Shown: in pieces, positions 35,167 to 43,300 of the stretch
Position numbering within the stretch: position 1 is the first letter of the stretch
Layout: each line of letters opens with the position of its first letter
NCBI GenBank assembly: GCA_945891385.1
Contig: CAMDDJ010000012.1
Span: 1,940-65,939 of the forward strand
Direction: 5' to 3'
Origin: Candidatus Kuenenia stuttgartensis
GTDB taxonomy: Bacteria > Planctomycetota > Planctomycetia > Pirellulales > UBA1268
DNA: 64,000 nucleotides
Position numbers and translations under genes: made by a program
Notes under the pieces: model-generated
Told to the model about the DNA's origin: nothing
The model's input: the letters and a program-made list of their open reading frames with translations, nothing else
The model's database searches: none

Positions 35167-35862
35167 TCAGCTCGTCAGCGGCGGCGGAGCCGCGGCCAGC
35201 GACTCCATCATGAGGGCCGCCTCGGCAGGGGCGTCGGCGGAGGCGATCGCGGCCCGCACCCGGCTGCGGAGGAGCACGCCCTTTTCCACGGTCGAAGCAA
35301 ACAGCCGGCAGGCGATGCGAAGTCGGTCGCCCGTGTGCACGAGTTCGATGCGCGGGGCATCGAGCGGGTGGACTGCCACGATCACCGCGTCGTTCGGTCG
35401 TGTGACGAGCAGGGCTTGTGCCTGCGGCGGCAGGATGGCGGTGTCGCCGGCCGCCTGCGGTGTCCAGACGATGCCGCGATCCGAGTTCCTTCCCCAGGCG
35501 ACCGTGCCAGTCTGGACATCGCAGACGACTGCCACCCGGGGATCGCTCTCGAGCAGCGACGTGGAGGCCGAGACCACCACTTCCCAGGCGGCGGGCGGGC
35601 CGGCAAGCCGGCGCCACATCGCCGAGGCGCGGATCTGACGCCCATCGTCGAGATCATAGACGGCCACGAGGTCGTCGCCCCGCAGCCAGGTGTCGCCAGG
35701 GGCGAGCCGATCTTCGGCAGCGAGTTCGAGGCCGAGCAGTCGATCGCCGGATGGTGACAGCCCGAGCCCCGCCGCCGGATCGGTCAGATCGATGGTGGCG
35801 TCGGCCCGACTGGCCACCGCGCCGCGCAGGTTCCAACTCGGCGAGGCATACGGCTTCTTCAT
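35167..35862 (-). CDS. Hypothetical protein (231 aa), first gene of the putative three-gene operon with 33806-35095 and 30247-33711
   Basis: ATG at 35862 (MKKPYASPSWNLRG...). Coding-like composition; no motif recognised. The track ORF extends to 36987 antisense to suhB, and that extension is spurious. Confidence 0.5.
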   Translation of the reverse strand: MKKPYASPSWNLRGAVASRADATIDLTDPAAGLGLSPSGDRLLGLELAAEDRLAPGDTWLRGDDLVAVYDLDDGRQIRASAMWRRLAGPPAAWEVVVSASTSLLESDPRVAVVCDVQTGTVAWGRNSDRGIVWTPQAAGDTAILPPQAQALLVTRPNDAVIVAVHPLDAPRIELVHTGDRLRIACRLFASTVEKGVLLRSRVRAAIASADAPAEAALMMESLAAAPPPLTS

Positions 35863-36003
35863 GCGTGGGTGAGGCTTCTGCTCGGGCTTCGCCCGCGATG
35901 GGGCAGACGGACCATGACCGCGGACGGCTTTGTCCGTCTGCCGTGAGAGCGTACGATACGGCCCGCTCCCCCACCAATCCCGCCCCGCCGAGCCGCGCAT
36001 CCG

Positions 36004-36831
36004 ATGACCATGCCTCTTGCGTCGCCGCACGCGGATCCAGTTGCGGTCTGTGAGGAAGCGGCCCGCGCTGGTGGCAGTGTGCTCCTCGACTGGCTGGGCC
36101 GATTTCGCGCGGAGAGGAAGGGGCCGCGGGATCTGGTGACCGAAGCCGACTTCGCCTCGCAGCGGGAGATTCGGCGGATCGTTGCGGCTGCCTTTCCCGA
36201 CCATGGATTCGTCGGCGAGGAGGCCGAAGGCGGTGTCGCTCAGCCGCGGGCCGGTGAGCCGGGCCATGCAGGAGCCGGACTGCGGTGGATCGTCGATCCG
36301 CTCGACGGGACGACGAACTACGTCCACGGCTTTCCTGCCTGGTGCGTCTCTGTGGCCCTCGCCCGCGACGACGACCTGGTGGCGGCGACGATCTACGACC
36401 CGCTGCGAAACGAATGCTTCACCGCAGGAGCAGGCCGGGGGGCGTTCTTGAATGGCGGGCCAATTCGCGTGCCGCCGGTCACCGACCTCGGTGAGGCGCT
36501 GGCCGCGCTCAGTTTCCCGCCCCATGTCGAGGCCGACTCGCCGGCCGTGGCGGACTTTCTCGCGGTCATTCCCCACGTGCACTCCGTGCGACGGACCGGG
36601 TCGACCGCGCTCAACCTCGCCTGGCTGGCGTGCGGGCGACTGCACGTCTTCTGGGCCCGTCGGATCGCCTGCTGGGATGCGGCGGCCGGGTTTCTGATCG
36701 TCCGCGAGGCGGGGGCTACGCTGCGGAGTTTTCACTCGTCCCAGGAGCCGGTGCCGCTCGAGGATCCGGCCTTCCTCGCGACGAGCACGCCCGAACTGTT
36801 CGCTGCCGTCCACCCCCTCCTGAACCGGTGA
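36004..36831 (+). CDS. suhB: Inositol monophosphatase family protein (SuhB-like)
   Basis: DLVTEADFASQREI, FVGEE, WIVDPLDGTTNYVHGFPAWCVSVAL and WDAAAG are IMPase motifs. Confidence 0.85.
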   Translation: MTMPLASPHADPVAVCEEAARAGGSVLLDWLGRFRAERKGPRDLVTEADFASQREIRRIVAAAFPDHGFVGEEAEGGVAQPRAGEPGHAGAGLRWIVDPLDGTTNYVHGFPAWCVSVALARDDDLVAATIYDPLRNECFTAGAGRGAFLNGGPIRVPPVTDLGEALAALSFPPHVEADSPAVADFLAVIPHVHSVRRTGSTALNLAWLACGRLHVFWARRIACWDAAAGFLIVREAGATLRSFHSSQEPVPLEDPAFLATSTPELFAAVHPLLNR

Positions 36832-36985
36832 TGGCCGGCGGCGTGGATGGTTTGTTCGGGTTGTCAGGGTTCCCCGGGCCGTGCGGGCCAGGCAAGCTGC
36901 GGCCCTTGAGGACTCTGGGCAGGAAATCGGGGTAGGCTTGCAGACTGAGGAAGATAGTCTGCAGCCTGTTCCCCCATCCGATTCC

Positions 36986-39900
36986 ATGGACCGCCCGCCC
37001 GTCCGCCGCCGCGTGCTCGTTTGCGGGGCCGCTCTTGCCCTGGCGACGCTGGCCTGGCCTCCGCTGACCCGAGCCGCCGAAGCAGGCAGCCCTGCGCCCG
37101 CGAATGGCGTGCGGGAAACCCTTCCCGAACTCTATTACCTCGAGGACGACTCCGGCCGGCTCGTGCCGGTGCCGGGATTCCGCTACCGGGATTTCATGGA
37201 ACTCTTTCGGCTCCGCGAAGGACTGGCCGGTCCGTCGCAGCCGCCGACGGCGGTCAATGAAAAGGTCTTCTATCGGATCGATGCGCGGGCCGACACCGGG
37301 TCCGAGCGGGCCTGGGCCGCGACCGTGGAATGCACCGTCCAACAGACGCGGACGGGCTGGGTGGCACTGCCCGTCGGGCTTCGCGGCCTGCTGCTCGATC
37401 AGTCTCCCGTTCACGAGGGACCCGGCCGCATGGCGGTCGATACCGACCCCGACGGGGGCATCCGGTGCTGGTTTGAACTGCCCGCCGACGCGCCGAAGGA
37501 TGTGCGGCACAAGGTCCGGTTCATCGGCCGCGTTGCCGTCGATCGCTCGACGGGCCAGGACTTCGTGGAATTCGCGATGCCGGCGGCCGTGGCCACTCGC
37601 TTGGAACTCGTGACATCCCGTCCGGCACCTGCGGTGAGTCTCGCGCCCGAGCAATCCGGGCATGTGGAGGTCACTCCCGACGAAGATGGCGGGCTCGTCG
37701 AGGTCACTGGCCTCGTGGGCGACGTGCGACTGCGGATCACCGATGCGGCGGACCATGGAACCACGGCCGCCGCCGCCCAGGTGGAGTGCGAGAGCGTGGT
37801 GCGGATCGCGGGCCGGACGGCGACTGTCACGGCCGCACTCGACCTCACCGGTCTGCCGCCTGGGAATCGTCGGCTGCGGCTGACGCTTCCGAAGGGTCTG
37901 ACCGTCCGATCGGTCAGCGCCGACGCAACCCGGGTCGAATCGTCGGCCACGGTCGATCCGCGGGTGCTCGACGTCTCGGTCATGGCTGCCGCAGACGGCC
38001 GGGCCACGATCACGGTTGAGTGCGAAGGCCCGGTGGATCCTTCCGGGCGGACCCCCCTGGAGCCGCTCGGCTTCGCCGTCGAGGGGATCGAACCCTGGCG
38101 GCAGTGGGGCCGGGCGATCCTCGTCGTCGACGGCGACCTGCAGGCCAGCTGGGACGAGGCGAGCGGACTGCGGCGGGTCGATCCCCCTGCGGCCCAGCGT
38201 GAGCCGGGTTTCGTGGCTGCGTTCGCCTACGATGCCCAACCAGCAGAACTCGAGTTGCAGATCCGCCCGCGGCGGAGCCGCCTGGTGATCGAGCCGGAGT
38301 ACCGCTACGACGTTTCGGCGAGCCGCGTCTCGATCGACGGCAGCCTGCGTGTGGCGGTCCGGGGCGCGCCGATCAACGGCATCGCGGTGGCCCTCGATCC
38401 CTCATGGAACCTCGACGACGTCGGGCCGGCCGGGATCGTCGATGCCGCTGCGGCGCGGGTCGATGGCGGGCTCGTCACCATTCCGTTTCTCCAGCCCCTG
38501 GCGGGGGACGCCATCATTGAGTTCAGGGCGATCCGCGGAATCCCGGCCGACGACCGGGACGTCGCGTGGGAATTTCCAGGGCCACGGGCCGATCTGGTCG
38601 GGCCGGCCACCGTCGTGATCACGGCCGACACCGACATCGAACTCGCGCCCGATGCCGAGGCGAGTCAGGGGCTGGTTCGGCAGACTTCCTCGTCGATTCC
38701 TTCGGCCGACGTCGGTCGTATTCCCCTGGTCTACCGGCTCGACTCACCCGAGGGACGGTTCGTGGCGGCGCGCCGGTTTCTGCCGCGGCGGGTGGAGGCG
38801 ACCGTGGCCACGCGGGTCACGATCGACGATCAACGGGCCGACGTGGAGGAATTGATTCGGCTCAACGTGATGCACGTGCCGCTCGAGTTCGTGGAACTCG
38901 CCGTTCCCGAGACGGCGATCGGCAGCGGGAGTTTCGAGATTCGGCAGGGTCCGGAGTTGCTCGAGGCCGTGGAGCTCAACCGCTTGCCCGAGGGCGATGT
39001 TCCCGGCCTTCAGCTGGTGAGTCTGCGGGCGCTGCTCCCCGTGCCTCTGCTCGGAGAGGGAGAGGTGGTGGTGAGATATTCGCTCCCGCTCCCAGAGCTG
39101 CCTCGTGAGGCGACGCTGGCCTTCGATCTGCCGCTCGCGCTGCCGGCGTCCGACGGCTTCTCCCGTCAGACTGCGGTGGTGACGGATGCCGGCGGGCTCA
39201 CCATTGGAGTCCGCGGCGAAGCCTGGCGACGGGATGTGACGGGCCGTCCAGGCGGGCAGCGGTCGTGGTCGGCGTCGAAGCCCCAGCACATCCTGCCGTT
39301 GTCCCTTACCGAGCGGATCCGCGAGGCGACCAGCGGGACGATCGTCGAGGCTGCCTGGCTGCAGACGAGGCTCTACCCGCGGACACGCGAAGATACGACC
39401 ACGCTGCTGGTCTCGATCCCGCCGGGTCCGTTTGCGATCGATCTTGGGATCCCGGATCTGTCGCCGGCCGCCTGCGACGTGCGGGTGGATGGCACCGCGG
39501 TCTCGGCAGAATGGCAGGGACAGGGCCGGATTGTGATTGACCTCGCCGGTGATGGCGATGCCGACCTCGTCGGCCTGCGGCTGGTCGAGATTCGCACGAC
39601 GTCGCCCTGGGGCGGCACCGCAGCAGGCCTGGGCCTCCCCTGGCCTCTGCCACTCATCCCCCCTGGATTCGCCGCGGACGTCCGGGAGCGGCGGTTCTCC
39701 TGGGAGGTGATCACCCCCGAAGATGATTTCGTGCTCGACGCGAAGGCGGAATGGACGAGCCAGCAACAGTGGACCTGGCAAGGTTTTGGCTGGCGTCAGG
39801 AGACCGTCGCGTCCCAGGCCAGCCTTGCGGATTGGGTGCGGCGGGGACTGCCCGCCGACTTCGCCGACCTGCGGTTGCTCGCCTTGGATCAGCGGCCGGC

Positions 39901-40324
39901 TGGCCGCCGCGCCGTGTATCAGGGCGTCGGATCCCCGGGCCGTGCCACCCTCTGGGTCGTGCCCACCTGGACGATCGTGCTGTTCGCTTCGGGGCCGATC
40001 CTCGCCTTCGGGCTCGGCTCACTGTCCCGGCCGGCCTGGCGGAAGCCCGGCGTCCTGCTCGGCCTCGCCCTGGGAGCCGTGCTGGCCGCCGTCGCCGCAC
40101 CCGGGTTTGCGGTTCTTGTCGCACAGGCCTCGGTTCCAGGTGTCATCCTCATGATGATCGCCGCCGGTTTGCATCGGCTGGCCACCTGGGACGCGGGACC
40201 GCGGCTGGCCGGCCCCCCTCCGGCCTCATCGAGTTCTCTGACTCGCACCGCAGCGCCGACGGTATCGCTGTTGGTAGCTCCGTCCGCTGCCGCGGCCGAT
40301 GCGAAAGGCAGGGATCAGCCATGA
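36986..40324 (+). CDS. Giant exported hypothetical protein 1 (1112 aa): signal-like N-terminus, long ectodomain, C-terminal multi-TM anchor
   Basis: ATG at 36986: MDRPPVRRRVLVCGAALALATLAWPPLTRAAEA. C-terminal hydrophobic cluster WVVPTWTIVLFASGPILAFGLGSL / VLLGLALGAVLAAVAAPGFAVLVAQ / VPGVILMMIAAGL. No known family signature seen. Confidence 0.7.
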   Translation: MDRPPVRRRVLVCGAALALATLAWPPLTRAAEAGSPAPANGVRETLPELYYLEDDSGRLVPVPGFRYRDFMELFRLREGLAGPSQPPTAVNEKVFYRIDARADTGSERAWAATVECTVQQTRTGWVALPVGLRGLLLDQSPVHEGPGRMAVDTDPDGGIRCWFELPADAPKDVRHKVRFIGRVAVDRSTGQDFVEFAMPAAVATRLELVTSRPAPAVSLAPEQSGHVEVTPDEDGGLVEVTGLVGDVRLRITDAADHGTTAAAAQVECESVVRIAGRTATVTAALDLTGLPPGNRRLRLTLPKGLTVRSVSADATRVESSATVDPRVLDVSVMAAADGRATITVECEGPVDPSGRTPLEPLGFAVEGIEPWRQWGRAILVVDGDLQASWDEASGLRRVDPPAAQREPGFVAAFAYDAQPAELELQIRPRRSRLVIEPEYRYDVSASRVSIDGSLRVAVRGAPINGIAVALDPSWNLDDVGPAGIVDAAAARVDGGLVTIPFLQPLAGDAIIEFRAIRGIPADDRDVAWEFPGPRADLVGPATVVITADTDIELAPDAEASQGLVRQTSSSIPSADVGRIPLVYRLDSPEGRFVAARRFLPRRVEATVATRVTIDDQRADVEELIRLNVMHVPLEFVELAVPETAIGSGSFEIRQGPELLEAVELNRLPEGDVPGLQLVSLRALLPVPLLGEGEVVVRYSLPLPELPREATLAFDLPLALPASDGFSRQTAVVTDAGGLTIGVRGEAWRRDVTGRPGGQRSWSASKPQHILPLSLTERIREATSGTIVEAAWLQTRLYPRTREDTTTLLVSIPPGPFAIDLGIPDLSPAACDVRVDGTAVSAEWQGQGRIVIDLAGDGDADLVGLRLVEIRTTSPWGGTAAGLGLPWPLPLIPPGFAADVRERRFSWEVITPEDDFVLDAKAEWTSQQQWTWQGFGWRQETVASQASLADWVRRGLPADFADLRLLALDQRPAGRRAVYQGVGSPGRATLWVVPTWTIVLFASGPILAFGLGSLSRPAWRKPGVLLGLALGAVLAAVAAPGFAVLVAQASVPGVILMMIAAGLHRLATWDAGPRLAGPPPASSSSLTRTAAPTVSLLVAPSAAAADAKGRDQP

Positions 40325-43300
40325 TCCCCAGGACGTTGGCTTGGGGCATCCTCGCCGCCGTTCTTGTGGCCGCCGGTTCGCGCGGAGCCAGGGGCGTCGA
40401 TCCCCGGCCGCTCTCGGTCAATGCCGGCGGCGGCGGTGAGCCAGCCATCACGGGCGGCGACGAAAGCCCGGCGGTGGCCCCGGCCACGACCGCGATCGAG
40501 TTCGTGCGTGTCAATGCCGCCGCCGCCACGATCGACGAACTGCCGCTTGACGCGGGCCGTTCCATTCCGATGCCACTGGCGGAATTCAATGCCGCCCTGG
40601 CGGCGATCGGCGCGGGCCCTGGCGGCAGGTTTCAGCCGTCGGCCACCAACGCCAGCTACGACCTCACCACCGCCCCGGACGGCGGTCTCGTCGGTGAGCT
40701 CTCGTTCGAGGTGGGCGATCTCCAGGGGGCGGTGCGGACGGCGATGCCGTTGGGGAAGCTTTCCGCCGAGCGTTGTGAGGTGCGCACCTCGGCAGGCACC
40801 GGCGAGGCGGCTGTGTTCGGCCTGTCGGATGGTCGGGTGGCGGTGCGACTCGTCGGTCCTGGAAGCTATCGCTGCACCATCCGATTGCCGCCGCTCGACG
40901 CGGGGCACGTGAATCGGTTGCCGCTGGTGCCGGCGCTGGTCACGACGATCACCCTCCGGCTGCCGGCCGGCGTGCGGCCCGTCGTGCTCGGTGACCTGGC
41001 GGCATCGGCGCTGGTCGAGCCTCTGGTGACCGGCGACGGGGGCTGGCGAATCGTCGTGGCCGCTGCCGAGGAGTTGCCGCTCACCATTCAGGATGCCCGG
41101 CGGCCTCCGCCCTCCGTCACCTGCTGGAGCCACATCTCTCTGCGGGGCAGACAGGCCGACGTGGCGACGCGGATCGTGCCCCTCGCCGCCTGGACCGCGG
41201 CCGAGTTGGAACTCACGGGTGATCCTGCCATCGTGACCACGGGCGTCAGGGATGATTCAGGGCGAGACGTGCCCTGGGCCGGCGGTCCGGGTGATCTCCG
41301 GATCTCGATCCCGGAGCGGCTGATCGGCAGCCTGACACCGGTGGTCGTGACGGGGATCGTGCCCATCACCGAAGCGGCACGTCAGCCCTTGCCCGACTGG
41401 CGGCCGCTCCGATCCCGCTGGGCGGGCGCGGGCACGCATGTCGTGACCGATGCCGCCTTCGCCCTGGAGGCGCTCGAACTCGATCAGTGCCTCGTGGTGA
41501 CGCCGGCGGATGCGGCGGCCTGGCCGGTACCGACCACACCCGGCGACGCCCGGCCCTTCGACTCGCTTGCGGGCGGCTGCCGGCTGTTTCTCGAGCACCA
41601 GTCTCCATCGGCCACCGCCCGGATCGCCGTCGGGCCGCGGACACCCTCGTTCGACACGGCCCGGGTCACGACGGTCGATGTCTCACCCGGAACGGTGTTG
41701 GGCCGCGCGGCCTGCGATGTGCGGGTGGTGGCCGGCGAGGTGTTCTCCCTCACCGCGACGGTAGCGCCGGGTTGGTTTATCGACTCGGTGGAGGCAGTCG
41801 ACTGGCAACGGCCGCCTCGGGGGCGACAGGCCAAGGAGCCGATCGACTCCGCCCTCGAGTGGCGGGTCGTCCGTTCCTCCGTCGGCAATGAACTGCGGAT
41901 CGGCCTGGCCGCCGCCGTCTCTTCGGCTCGGCCGCTCGGCCTTCTGATCACCGGGCATCGCCCCGGCGTGCCGCTGGGCTCGCGGTTCTCGCTCGCCGAA
42001 CTCGACATGGTGCGGTTGCCCGGCGAGTCGCCCGAGTTGTCCCTGCTCGAGTTCCGCGTCGGGCCGATGGCCGTGGTCGAGACGGAGGGGGAGCCGTTGC
42101 CCGTCGAACCGGCCACGGGGCGGCTCGCCCCGTTGGCGGCCGAGTCGGCGGCTCGCGCGCGGGTTCCGGCCGGCGATCAGGCCCCGCCGATCGTGGCGCG
42201 GCTCGTCCGTCGCCGCCCACCGGTCGCTGCCGAGGTCCGGGTGGGCCTCGTGGCCCGCGACGAACGGGTTGCCGAGACCTTCAGCTTCACCTGCCATCCG
42301 GTGGCGGGCGAAATCGATGCCGTCGTCGTCCACTTCTCCGAACCGATGCCGACAGGACTGGAATGGACGCTCGTCGAACCGGCGACCGGTTCGCTGGCGG
42401 CTCGTCGGCTCGATCCCGGTGAGGCCGCCATGGGGGCGGCGATGCCCGATCTCGGTGTGGCCGAATCCTGGCTCATCGACGTGCGTCCGGCCACCGCGGA
42501 AAGCGTGCAGTTCACAGCCGCGCGGACTGTCGCCATGGAGGCGGCCGTGCCTGTTCCACTCGCCTGGGTCGAGGGAGCGGAGCAGCCTGGCGGCCGAGTG
42601 ACGATCAGCGGCGAGGCCGGGCAGCGGCCGGAAATCATGAATCGAAGGCTGCGGGAAGTGCCGCCGACCGCCCATGATGGCGGGCCGGCCTCGGTCACCC
42701 TCGCCTATGGCGGCCCCGAGAGTGTGGCGGCTGCGGCCGGTGCGGCGGCGGACCTGCGGCCCCCGGCGCCGGCGACAGGAGCGCGGGCGTGGGCATGGCG
42801 GGAATCGATCACCTGCCAGTGCCACGATTCGGGCACGCTCGAGTGGGAGAGTCGGCTCGACATCGAGAATCAGGGCCGTTCAACCGTGAGCCTGACGGTG
42901 CCGGACGGCCTTCGGTTGGAGTCGGTCAGCGTGGCCGGCAGCGGGGTCGCCGCCTCGGAATTCGGCCAGTCTGGAGGCACGCTGGTCGTGCCGCTCCCCT
43001 CCGACCGCGGACGTGTGTCCCTGGTGATCAGCGGCACGGGAACACGCGATGCTCGGTTCGGCTGGTGGTCGCTCGGTGCGATCGCCTGCGGCGTCGATCT
43101 CCCGATTTTGAACCGCGACGCCCGGTTGGTTCTGCCGCCGGGGCTCGCACTGGTCGGTGGCCCCGGTCAGCCGCGCCGCTCGTGGCCCGAGCGGCTCTTC
43201 CTGGCGGCGGCGCACGACGGCGGCACGCCCTCTGTGGCTCGCAGCTTCGACATCACCTCGTCGCTGCGGGCCGGCGTGACCAACGCGACCGTGGTGCGTC

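Noticed and set aside
35863-36987. N-terminal 375-aa extension of track ORF 35167-36987(-).
   Set aside because: The extension runs antisense through suhB (36004-36831), which has clear IMPase motifs. The extension is Arg/Pro/Gly-rich. A good ATG at 35862 gives a compact 231-aa product.
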